Shown piece by piece: positions 11,201-23,519 of a stretch of DNA of 64,000 nt. Source of the stretch: Genypterus blacodes (Eukaryota); NCBI RefSeq assembly GCF_046128005.1, contig NW_027466835.1:4686430-4750429 (forward strand), given 5' to 3'. The notes beneath the pieces are model-generated. The model saw nothing but the letters and a program-made list of their open reading frames with translations, did no database searches and was not told the origin of the DNA. A program made the translations under genes and the position numbers. How positions within the stretch are numbered: position 1 is the first letter of the stretch; every line of letters starts with the position of its first letter.

Positions 11201-13983
11201 CCTCCGGCCACCGTCCACCCTCGCCCAGCGGTGACTCCTTTACTAATGCACAGAGAAACAACTTTAACTGCTTTTAGGTTTTGTTGTAATTTGGTGGGGT
11301 CCCTGAAGGAGTGCATCTGGTGGTACTGCCCCCTGTCTTTACAGAGGAGATGGCTGCCACTGAGCTTTGAGATTAGTGGAGGATCCTCTGGGATGTGGAG
11401 ACCTGCCACCACTGTGCTTCTCTACATGAAAGAAATGCATTATATCTCTCTTGTGCTCCGATGCAGAGGGTTAAATCATCGTGAAATGCCCCAAGCTGCT
11501 TTCACTAATCTGAGTCTGTGGGGGAAAAGTTGGCTGTGTTTATTTTAAAGGGCATCCTTACCTGTGTAATGGAGCTGTGACACATTCAGCCACCATAGAA
11601 TGTTTGCAAGGTATTTTTAGTGTTGTATCACTACAGGTGTTCATGAGCAGCCAGGTGTCCACGATATAATCTTTATTTAGGTAAAAAATTCTATCAAAAT
11701 TCAAGTCTCCTGTGGGATCGACTGGTCTGTCCAGCAACTGTCCTCAGCTTACGCTTCTTGTCCTTAATATTCAAAATGAAATTCACCACCTGTGTGGTAT
11801 TTTTGCACTCAGTTCTGCATGAAACACCACTTTGGTGTTTTCTTCTTTCTGTTATTTCATATAGTTTCCTCTGTTTTTCTCCTTTGGAAGAGAAATGAAT
11901 GCCAGAGCTGAATCTCAGTGAGTGTCGATCAAGTAGAATAGTGAATTATCCACACGTGGGGGAAACATAGTAATTCCTATTTATTCTGCCTGCTGTAGGT
12001 GTAACATACTGTATTAGACACAGGTGACTCCGGGAGAAATTGCAGTAATCAGTAGTCTCAGCTGGATGTTCACAAGCTCGGCCTTAAGGAGAGAAAATGA
12101 TCCATGTGGCTGCTTTGGTAGACTTTGATCTTCTCAGGTGATCATGTTTGACTTATTTCTCCAGCAACATTGCCAATGTTTGCCATTTTGACTTTCCTGA
12201 TGTTCTGCCTGGCTGGTGACATACGCTGCAAATGAGATAAACCTGTCCTGTCCTGAGGTAGGAGGTAGGCCTGCTAAATGTTGAGTCACACTGATTTTGT
12301 ACTTTTAACTCCAATCATAACATCTGACAGTAGAGGGCGCTACATTCACCAGAATGCACTACTGGACCTTTAGCTTGTACTGTTTACATTGTGACGACTT
12401 CATTAAAGCTTAGTCAGAAAGAAGAGCGGGCATGTCGGAAAGGGAGCAGAGTTTCAAACCCTTCATTCAGGTTCTGCCTTGTGCGTCCTCTCGATTTAAC
12501 TCAAAGTGATTATGTTCTTGATAAACATAACAGTTGGTGTCAAAATGGAAAAAGCTGTGATGCTTTACTTTTCAATGTTAATCATGTTTTAAGATGAAGT
12601 AAACTGACTCCAAGGACTGTGGCTGTTAGGCAGATTGTTGATTAACATTGTTTTGTTCTATGTTAAACATGGAGTTGACAGGATTCCTGCTTTCTATTTT
12701 CTACAAGATCATTTCTGACAACATTAATTGCTGTATGTTTATCTGTGCAGTACCTGTTGCTTTGACAAAAGTGCCTATGAAGTACCATTGACCACGTTGT
12801 TGGCCTGTGAGGTGTGTTAGTGTGACCGACTGCAGGGGAGGTTCTCTATTTGTGTTAGATCACAGGGTTTGGTGTTTTTAACATGTTCTGATCTGGTTTA
12901 AAGGCGTTAAGCACCGTCACGCTCCCTGAGGTCGGTCACACGGTGCCTTCGATCTGCCTCACTGAAGGCTGCATTGGGGCTTTGTCTCTGTGGGTGAAAG
13001 GGTTCCTGTCCTCATATCCTCCATCATCTGAATTGATCCTTGTTGAGGCGCAATTATTTTTCTTCTTCTACAACCACAAGATTCTGATAATGAATTGTGG
13101 TTGGTGGTGCAGGTTTGAAAGTCAGATGTGTTAATCCACAATAGATGAGAAATGGATAAACCTCTTACAATGTGAAATTTTGGAAACTGAGTTTAATATG
13201 GAAGAAATTCTTCTTGCAATGATAGTTTGTGACTCAGCTTCCCTTCACATCAGAGCAGATGTTGGAGTGAATTTAAGGAGAGGACCCTCTTCACATGTAT
13301 GAGGTGGGACACTAAGACATTATCCAGATTCCAATGAATCATGTCAATCTGTTGATGGAATAAATAAAATCTTTTCTATGACCAACAAAAATCTACAATC
13401 TATACTTTTTCATTTTACCTGCACAGGTGTAATATATGAATTCAATGTGATTACATGGAACCAAAATCTGTCCAGAAGAAACATGAGATCTCCACACCGC
13501 TGAAACATTAGGAAGTTTTTTTTTCCAGATTGATTTATTTTATAAGTCAAAGAAGCTAAGAAAATAAGTGATCAGCAACAGGCATGATGGTAGTCTATAA
13601 AGTGCTGCCTCTCCTTCAGCAGGTTGTATTGGTGTGCATACCCACACATACGCACGCGCACTCACCAATTATAGAAGCCATGAAATAATATAACAAGGAT
13701 AAGATAAGATTCAAGAAAAAGTATCGTTTTCTAAATTAACCGGAAGTGATATCTAACTTTTGACAAAAGCTTTTATTTTGACAGCTGCAGACGGAAATGG
13801 CACGTGCTTATAAGTTGAAGCGGACGGCGGCTCAGTCAGCCTGTTAAATCAGATTGGGACGGTGTGGGATGCAGCTCAGTGTGTGTGGCTCTGCAGCTTG
13901 ACACACGCACAGACACACATTGTCCTCAAAAACTAACTTCAACGTTTAGTTTTGACTTGGTAGAATCTTTAACATAATAAAAC

Positions 13984-14259
13984 ATGGAGCTTGACCCGAC
14001 TGTCATCATCCCCGCGCTTCTCTTCACGGCTGTTGCCGTTTATTTCGCTTCGTCACTCCTGAACAAGAAGCCCGACGACGGCGCGGCGAAGAAGAAGAAG
14101 CCGAAGGTGGGTTATGGAGACGACATCCCTCCGTCCAGAGCCCTGGCACCTGCACCCGTACTTTCCCCGACTCCTGCACCTCTATCCCCGGTAGTGGAGG
14201 ACGTCGGAACCGCGGAGAAGATCCAAGAAGTCGAGAAGAGCCCAGAACCACAGATTGAG
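13984..14259 (+). CDS. mxra7: mxra7-like coding exon 1 (N-terminal signal/TM segment plus Pro-rich region)
   Basis: ATG at 13984. Encodes MELDPTVIIPALLFTAVAVYFASSLLNKKPDD...SPEPQIE with a hydrophobic N-terminus. Donor GAG|gttagt. Assigned to mxra7 by its downstream exons and its position directly downstream of jmjd6, as in human 17q25. Confidence 0.65.
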
Positions 14260-16134
14260 GTTAGTAATTATCAATTTGTTTTTATTAATTGGCTAATTGG
14301 CTACTGGACGTCAAATGTCGCAACCAATACACATAAGTTACCAGAGCCCAAATTGTTGATTAAGATACTTATTTCACTGACCAACTAGTTTGCCTCATCA
14401 ATAAATTGTCTGCATGTTTGGCTAAATGACACAACTGGAAATGAAACAATTAAGTCACAATTAATAAGGTTCACAATTAATTAGTGTATTTCTTACTGTG
14501 ACGCAACACAAATGTCCCTTTTGGATGGTTTATGGTTTATTCCAACAATAAGTCACCCATTGGTCTGTGTGTGTGTATTCAGCGCATGTCTGTTTTGAAT
14601 ATATGGCTCATAAGTGACATTGCCTTAGCTAAGATATGAGGAGTAATTAAGCGTACCTGACACCCATATATAGTCACCATCTCTCCCCCCTTGCAAAACC
14701 TCATTCTTCTGAGCTCATTTGAATTTTGCAAACGTTGCAGAATCTTTATGAAAATGTGGAACTGTTCAGCTGCAATCAAATCCTTCCATCCCCGTCCCCC
14801 ATCCAGTCTTAGCACCTATCACTAATGTGCTTTCAAATATAGCCAACAGTGATAGAATTGTGTTGTATAAATGAACACTGCAGGGAGATAAAAGCAGAGG
14901 CTGTAATCCTTGCATGTACCTGGGATCCTTCACAAACGCACATGCATGCAAACATACAAACGTACTTCTTAACTTGGTCTGTCTGCCTCTGTTAGCAGGA
15001 TGTCTGAGAAAGTTATTGATGGATTAGTCTTGTTGTGCAGGTTGGACGTGATCAAGAGAAGAATCCATGTCATTTTGATACTGGTGGGCTTGTAAATAAC
15101 TTTTGAACATAGAATACCATAGAATCCATCTGCATTGGTTCATAAAGGCCCCACTCCTACTAGATTGTCCTGCTAAATTTCATCACTAAGTGTCGAAGCT
15201 GTTATTGGAGGACTGTTGTGCATTGGTGGAGGTATGAAGTCTCTGAGTGCCTTCTAGTTTGAAAAGTGACCATTGATTGGTCTAATGTGATTTGGTTCTA
15301 TTTGGGCTGCAGCCGTGATTAGATGTGAAAGCCTGCTCAGACTGGCACGGGAAGCGGGCTGTGATGGCAGCGATGGAGAGCCGGAAGCAGAGGCAGCAGC
15401 AGTTGCTCTCCTCTGTCAGCCTCAGCAGGGTTGTGGGTCCATCTCCAGGGGTCACGTTGCACATTCACCTGCTGCTTGTTCCATCTTTGCCAACACCTTT
15501 TCTCCACCTCCAGCCCTGTCAGAGGCCGTTAAAGCTCTCTGGCTAAAGACGCTGTAACACGAGAGACATGCATGTCGCAAACATGCACCTCCCTCTATAT
15601 TTGGCGAGGAACCTATAGCCTATATTTACACACACTGTATGTCGGTGTTCATGGCTCAGTCACATGTCTGAAATCGACTCTTGTGCTTTAGGAGTGGGTG
15701 TGACACGTCCACACCCGTACATGTGAGCTCTAAGAACTGTGAAACCTGCTCGGTGTTATATCATCCTGCTGACTGGGGCAGTATAGGCAGGTCCCTCAGC
15801 ACTGTATGGGAACAGTGTGCGCCGTTATAGTCTCAGATTTGGAATGTCTTCATACTTTATAATCACTCTCAGGTTGAGCTTTTGGGTGGAGCTCTATGAA
15901 CCAGGTTTTGATTGGAAACTCGTGGTGATATTTACAAACTGACACTTGACAACATGGCCATAAAACAAGTTGAAGCTATCCTCGTAAATATTGTATTAGA
16001 ATTGGAATCAATGATTTAATAACAAGTCATCAGAGTCTTTCTACCATCACACAGGCACATGGACAACAATGCTCGCAAAACTTAAAGCTTAAAGTATCAC
16101 AAATCTGGTTTCAGCCAGATATAAACCTGCCCAG

Positions 16135-16136
16135 AT

Positions 16137-16194
<58 letters not shown>

Positions 16195-16197
16195 GCG
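16135..16197. repeat. (GCAC)n tetranucleotide microsatellite, ~15 units (mxra7 intron 1)
   Basis: gcacgcacgcacgcac... is uninterrupted until gcgcgc. Confidence 0.95.
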
Positions 16198-19100
16198 CAA
16201 ACACACAACTGCTCACTCTAAAGGCGTTTGGGGCATAAACCTCAAGTTGTGCTGGAGCTGCAACTGAAGCAAAAACCACTGGTGGTCCCGCCCTCGGTTA
16301 ACGTTATGCAACATTATGCAACCTTGCCGTGCTCCTCCTCAGCTGTGTGACTTGTAACAGCCTGTATGGACGCAGCAGAGGGCTTCACATTATGGCTGTC
16401 CTGGCAGTTTACATTGTATAAGGGCTCCACATAAAGGGCCGTGCTGTGTTTGTGCTCCGTGTCCAGCTGAAACAGAGGGGCTCTTGTCCCGGCTGACAGG
16501 AGCTGAAGCTGTGTGGGAGGTTTCCTACACGGCCGGCGCTCGGTGGAAAGAGGCTGCTGAGGCCCAGTGTAGCAGCTTGAAAGGCAACATCACCCCCCCA
16601 AAGTCCAAACCAAAAAAGCTCATCTCAGCTTATCCGTTATCAAACTATAGTTTTTCACATTCTTGGCCTGAAACTGATTACAGGTTTGACTCTGTCTGCT
16701 TCCCACCCTCCTCCTTCCTCCTTATCTGGAACCGCTCTCTCCACGTTCAGCGCTGGTAGAATGAGGAGTTTCAGCGTCTGCTTAAGTTTGAGTTTGGATC
16801 ACTCTATCAGCGGTTACTTGGTGAGGCCGTTTCCCTCTGAGCCTTAGTTTAAGTTGAGTTTGTTTGCGTTGGCCGACATCACAAATGAGGCTTTATAGAA
16901 CAGATCCTGACACAACTATCCAAGTGAGTCCCCCTTATGAACGCCTCGATGTATGGAGAATATCACGTCATTCTCTTGTTGCAGTGGCACTAAATGATGT
17001 GTTCACTTCTTCAGCACCCTCCCTGTTTTCCTGCATGTAAAGCTGATCCTGTACTGTGTGTCACATGTCTGCTTCATGCCTCCATCCGTCACCGCTGCAG
17101 CCTAATTTGGCTGGCTGACATTTGTTAGTGTCGCTAAGTTGCGCTTCTAAAGTTACTCCTCATGCCGCTCTGAACCTGCGCCGCCACAAAGTACCACAAT
17201 GTACTGCAACGTACCACAACGTTCCAATTCAAATGGCTGGACTCTTGCGTTCTTCAAACGAGGGCTAGATGAGATGTTTGTTCCCTCACTGCACGCTGCT
17301 GGGAAGAGGAGAGAAATTTGTGAAGCATGTGAACTCCCTGACGTTTCCTCCTCACTCTGGCTCACTCACCAAGCTTCCATATATGGTGTGTGTGTGTGGG
17401 GGTGTGAGTGGGAAGGTGTGTGGTTTGGAAAAATGTTTCTTTCGTTCTCCTTCGTGCCGTTCTTTACCTTTTCTTCCTTTGCACTATTTTTTCTATTTAT
17501 TCTTCCTTCCTTCCTTCCCTCCTTCATTCGTTCGTTTATACCAAAAAAATACTTAGATACTTAGATATCCTTCCATTGTAGTGTTGCTACTTTTCCCTTC
17601 AGTGTACTTGAGTCCTTCTTTCATCACTGGTGTTTGGTTGCTCTTATTTCTGTCCATACAGTAGGAGAGTCATCTGTCTTGTCTATACGTCCATGGCATA
17701 CTGTATGTCCTACATGAGGTCCCATAAACGGGAAACACAATCTGAGCCCTGCAGGCCGTGGTGGTGGGTGTGACTCTTGTGTTTCGTTCCTGAGCTGCTC
17801 ACACATTCCTCCTCTCTGCTCCTTTGGTACTTCACCAGATTCTTAGCAGCGGCGTGAACAGCGGCTGTTTACTCATTGGTCCGGTTCTGTTGCGTGACCT
17901 TCCTATCCTGGTATTTTCCTCTTTCCCTAGATGTGTTCCTCGCCCGTCCTCCCCCACTCACTGCTCACTCACCGCCCAGAGAGCCTTCAGCTGGGCATCG
18001 CGTCCAGGCCGGAGTTATTCAAGTCATGTACCCGTTTGGGTCTGTTTTCAGATATTATGTAGTTTTCTGGAGTATTTCATGCTCTGGTACTTTGTTGTAA
18101 GCGTCAACGTCATCGTCTTCACACGTTTGTGGAGACGAGACAGTCTGGCGACGCTTCCCTGTAGGCCGAGGACAGAATGAGTCTCTAGTCACTTCTATCA
18201 TAAACGTGGGCGGCGTCAGCGAGCTCAGACCGAGATAAGGCAGCGAGCCGAGCGAACAATGTGTCTGTGTTTGGACAGACACAAGGCAGGGATGGAAGGT
18301 CGCTGACACAAGAAGAGTCTATTGGGCCACAGATGCCTTGGACCCCTGCCCTCGTCCTCCCACAGTGGGATCCTGTAAGCTGCCCTGTGGCACGACCAGC
18401 CTGCACAGCCCGGAGATTTAGGAATCACTTGGCAATGTGCAGGGCTTCCTTGGTGGGAAGAGGGATGGTGTTGGTTCTCGCATGTCAGAATTCCAAAAAC
18501 AGAAACTGTAAATCTGTGGTGGACCAAAACCAAAACCTCATCCTTCCTCTTTTGGTTTTTAATGCTTATAGTTACTGTACTCTATCATTATGTCAAACCA
18601 TACCAGCACAATTACAGCAGTGTGATATCAGATTGTCTTTATCAGGTGATCTGCTCACAGCGCAGATGAAATAAAAATAAGTTTTTCAGAATAATTGCAA
18701 TCTGAGGTTTTGGCAAAATCCCTCCGGACTCCATCCAGGTGTGTGTGAGGGGAATAGCTGCTGGACAAACCTGCCTGGGAATGAGATCTGTGTTCTTTTG
18801 TGCACAGAGAACCTCATCATCACTGTGGCATGTGTAGTGTATCTGCTCTATGAAGCCTACAGGCTATGGCTCTGACCCAGTTCACACACGTGTGAAACGG
18901 CACAGACCTGTTTCTAGTCACCATGACAATCCTGACAGCTGTTGCTGCTTAGAGTCGGTTTGACCCCTTTATCACTTTACTGTTATTACTTTTTGGACGT
19001 CTCGTTCTCTAAAAGTTGAGCGAACGACTTTGTCGTCATGACACCAGCTACAAAATAACAATTACAAGAGTTTGTTTCTCATGCCAGTGTAATAATAGAC

Positions 19101-20172
19101 TTGAATCATTTTCTTGACAAAGTGGGCTGAAGAAAGTTGCAGAGACTCATTTGTTGTTTTGGGTGAAGTGAGCATCATGAGAGCACAGAAATGAGCAACA
19201 AACAGAGCAGCTGTGACACCTCCATGTCCTGTAATGAGAGCAATGCTCTGTCATTCTAAAGTCTCTTCAGCTGACCTGGGCCGTTATCCTCCCTGCTGTC
19301 TGCTCAGGATTAACGGCTTGCTGAGCTCTGTGGAGCCACCGAGTCTCTCACACGACCCTTGTCAGTTCCTCAGCTACCTCCTCCTCCTCTTCCTCACCTA
19401 TTACAGCTTTGGGGTTATCTGTCTTGGTAGGAGGAGGATTCACATTTCCCACATACCGCGACGCCTGATGGCCTTCCTCTGCACTCTGTTACACAGCTAA
19501 AATGGGGGTTTATGTGTGAAGCAGGAGTGTAATGTTCCAGTGTGACAGATGTGACTCACAGGCTGACTGATTTCTTCTTTCAGTATTTTCCCTTTTAGTT
19601 TCAATGCTGCTTGGATGATCCGTCCTCCAAAACAGAAATCTCACAGCTGAAGAGCAAATCGGGGCCTCAGTTTATAACACATAGTGATGTCATGTCGGGC
19701 TTTACTCATCCAAGAAACATATTTGACCAATTTAGGCGTGAGAGGCTCGGCTGAAGCAGAAGCTGGGACCTGACGCACAGTTTATCATCTTGTTGCCTTA
19801 GCGGTATTTATAAACCCAGCCTGTGGCCCGCACACTATTCTGCTGTTTCATACCTCAGGAATTCAGAGGCAGAGGAAGTGACCAGCATTTCCGGCTAAAC
19901 AGATGCCATTCCATTCCATTCTGCGTGTCCAGGGCCCGTGTGGGATTAAGAGGCCGGGCACCAGGCGGGCCAAGTCATGATTAAACCTGAATCCAGCCCT
20001 GTTCAGTCTACCATGGTGCTGCCAGTTGTCCCTGCAGTGAGTCATGAGCAGGGCTGCTACTGACTGATGGGACTGGACAGGAGTTTGGGTACAAGGGGAG
20101 CAGTTGTTTCTGTAGCAGAGCCTCGCTGTTCACAGGAATTCTGTCCGTTAAAGTTTGTTTTGTTATCAAGTC

Positions 20173-20175
<3 letters not shown>

Positions 20176-20204
<29 letters not shown>
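20176..20204. repeat. poly(A) tract of 29 nt, possibly the tail of a retroposed element
   Basis: aagtctgt(a)29gttaac. Confidence 0.8.
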
Positions 20205-20207
<3 letters not shown>

Positions 20208-21035
20208 AACGATTCCTCTGACATCTATAGGTGAAATCATTTTTTAGTAAGTTGTAGCATTCTGGAGATATTTGGTGATCACTTAAGAGCTCGTCTATAT
20301 GAACTTCTAAGTTTACTTAGGTACAAATATGTTTCATCACCAACAGAATCCCCTGTGATGTCATCATACAGTAATAATAACCAGCCAACAAAATCTGATT
20401 ATAACCGTTCACGATCACATTTCTCTTTTCTATTAATAAAAAAAATAAATTGAAATTAGATTATAGTCACTAAGCAGCACTTCCTTAAAGCGTTAACAGT
20501 GCCGTGTTTGGTTCCTGTACGAGCACAGAGGCCGAGAGGGAAACCAGATCTGTTGCTCCAATGTCATTCTGCAAGCTCAGCACAAAGACACTGACAGGTG
20601 CATCAGCAGAGGAGAGTGAAGAGCGGGGCGGGGGCGGCCTCTCGGCCACAGAGGAGATGGACCAGTGAGTGTGTGTGTGGGTGTGTGTGAGAGCTGTCAG
20701 GGCCAGGGGAAGGACAGGTTGACGGTTCGTTGAAGTGGGCTTTATTTGTCCCTAATGTCAGTGGCAGATGGCACAAACGGTCCTCTTCACAAAGAGCTGT
20801 AAGTGACAGAGCAGCAGCTTTGTGAGTGATGACTGTCATCAGGTCACCGTCCACTCAGCACTCTGACCACAGCACAACAGAACCCCCCACAGAGCCCCGA
20901 GCAGCCTCAATCCAAATACTCATTCAGAAATGTGGAATATCAGGGCATAACCAAATGGTCATCCCTGTTTCCACAATGTCTATTATCTAAAATGCCTCAT
21001 GGAAGTTGACGTTTTTTTATCTCTTGTCTTTTCAG

Positions 21036-21453
21036 TCTGAACCTGCTCCAGAACCAGGGGCAAACATCGTTCCAGAACATAGACCAGAAACGCCTAAAGT
21101 ACCAGAAACTGTACCAGAAGCCCCGGCAGCTCCAGTGCCTGAACCAAAAACTGTCCCAGAACCAGAATGGGTGCCAGAGCAAATTGTGGCACAAGAGCAA
21201 GCTCCAGCACTGGCTGCAGTTCCAGAACCAGCAGAGGTACCAGAACCTGTCCACGAACCAGCTGTTGAACCAGAGCTTGAGGCCGAGCCTGAGGCAGAGC
21301 CTGAGGCCGAGCCCGAGTCTGTCCCGGAGCCAGAAATGCCTGAAGATGATGATGAAGCCCTGCCTGAGCTGATCCGTGAATCAGAAGAAGTGTCTGCCCC
21401 CGAGCTCACGGTGGAGCCGGTGACTAAAGTGGCAGAGGCCATCGAGGATTCTG
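21036..21453 (+). CDS. mxra7: mxra7-like coding exon 2 (long acidic Pro/Glu-rich low-complexity region with (EAEP)n repeats)
   Basis: Acceptor ctcttgtcttttcag|TCT, phase 0. The ORF is open across 418 nt: SEPAPEPGANIVPEHRPETPKVPETVPEAPAAPVPEPK...ELEAEPEAEPEAEPESVPEPEMPEDDDEALPELIRESEEVSAPELTVEPVTKVAEAIEDS. Donor G|gtgagt, phase 1. Composition resembles the acidic PE-rich middle of MXRA7. Confidence 0.7.
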
Positions 21454-23419
21454 GTGAGTTTGATGCAGCGCCCAACTGTTGAGCCTTTTATCTCACAACT
21501 TTTCAATGAAAGATGGAGCTTTGCCTTAAAGGCCTTCCTTTCATTGGAAAGCAAAAAAAAAAAAAATTAGTGTTTTATATAACCAGACAAACACAGAAAA
21601 CCAATATCCAGGCAAAATGCAAAATCAGGACTATTCTCAAACAGAATGATCCACGGCTGCATGACTGTGGTATTTTGATACTGGACAGCAGGAATCTAAG
21701 GACAGGACAAACCACTGTCCTCTCTGAGCCCTGCAGATGATGGATAGGAAATGATCACACACACACAGGGATTTCCAGTTTTTATCACACTGTGGCATAA
21801 CACGGTGGGCGGGGGAGTTTGTACGCGTCAGCAATTTTAAAACAAGTACAGGACACGTGTCCCCTCCTGACACACAATCTGCCATCAGTAAGTATGCCCA
21901 CATTTAGCATTCAGCCAATGTTTGGACACATTTTTGTTTCAGGGCAATGGTGTCGTCCTTCTTGAAGGTCTGGTTAAATCCTGAGTGAGGTTTCCCTGAA
22001 ACAGGAAGTAGTTTTCATTACTGACTGTAGGTTGTGGATTATATAACCACCAACCAAATCCAATGGTGCCATACGTCAAACTGCACGACTGACTTTAGAC
22101 TCTACAGGATTAAAGGATTGGTGTGTAATTCAGTGCCACTTAATTTGGAGCGTGTGTGTGTGGGAACGACGGATGATTTTAAGATACACACACGCACACA
22201 CACCTGCTGCACTATCTGCTGTAGTTCTGTGTTGCAGCTTGTAGGCACATAAAGCTGATTGGCTCTGCTGTCTGAAGCGCGGGTGTCGTCCTCCCGAGGC
22301 AGACGGCTGCTGCACCTGTGAACGAGCTGAAGCTAATGAATTCCCTCTAACGTACAAACTGACTTCACGTTTGTGTCATTGCAGAATCTGTGAAAACAAA
22401 CCACCAGTGACCCGACCAGTCACTGTTTCCTGGTCTTGGGCTCGACCTGTAAAGCCTAAACCTGTTTCAGACACTATATGATATACCGGGCTATACAAAT
22501 TACCTTGTCTCCACTCACTGCTGCCTATGTGTAGGCTAGCGACTTATCTTATCTGAATAAACAAGGCTAGACTCCACAAAGAGCCGATGTAAGTGTAGCT
22601 GGCTGCTGACAGGTCTGAGATGTGACGGTCAGACAGGAGCATAGCCATGGAGCCAGAGGTTTGGGCTGAGGGAAATCAATTTTCCTGAGAGATTTTTAAT
22701 CTTTTGGGCAGAGGATTTCCTGCTGGAGGGATGACTCAGGAGATTTGTTTTTTTCATTCCACAAATGCACTGAATCATAATTTCTTTAGAAGTCCAATAC
22801 AAGCAACATTCCATGCCACTACAGTGAGACTTGGGTCTGTGTTCTTTGGGGAAACAGCACGTCACCTCACCATCACTTCACTCTCCTGGTATCGATGTGC
22901 CAAAAGGCCAAAAAGCAGCAGCGCTGTGTCAGCTCTTCCAGGAAATGAGTTATCTGCTCTGTGCAGCCGCTCCGAGCATCTGCAAGAAGCAACCACTTCA
23001 CTCCGCTCTGAGGCGTAAACACAGCAGGCCTCCCTCTTACATACAAACCCAAAACTATGCAGGAGAGGCTGGGCCATAAGGCTGCAGCCTGCTGGCACAG
23101 AGCTCAGGCTTCACTCAGTGTTTCTGTGCTGCAGTGGGCTCTGGAAACACTTTCAGTATTCCCAGGAGTCTGAACGCAAGACAAAAGTGCAGCCAGTTTG
23201 TACAGATACTGATGTTTAGATGCTGCCATTACAGACCGAGTGTGTGGGGAGTGTTTTGAGCTCTGCAAATACAAAATTTGAATCTGGTTTTGAAAAATGG
23301 CTCAAAAATTAATTTTGTATAATACATAAATAACAGTTAAGCTACCAGAGGGCATATATTCAGTCTAAGAGGTTAAAGTCTGGTGGTCTTATACTCCTTT
23401 TGTCTCTCTTTTGTGTCAG

Positions 23420-23519
23420 ACTTGGTCGCCGACGACGAGAAAGTGGAGTTCACCGTCGGCATGAAGCAGAGCAGATTCGAGACGCTGATGACGAAGGAGG
23501 AGATTGAAGAGGAGCAGAG
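23420..23519 (+). CDS. mxra7: mxra7-like coding exon 3
   Basis: Acceptor ttttgtgtcag|AC. Phase-1 join gives DLVADDEKVEFTVGMKQSRFETLMTKEEIEEEQ(R); compare human MXRA7 ...FSFKYSPGKLRGNQYKKMMTKEELEEEQR. Donor AG|gtgagt. Confidence 0.8.

Noticed and set aside
21032-21475. 147-aa minus-strand ORF rich in Ser/Gly/Thr, and the W/F-rich 20997-21254 minus ORF
   Set aside because: These are antisense readings of the low-complexity PE-repeat mxra7 exon 2. Codon-repeat sequence keeps all frames open; this is not independent coding evidence.
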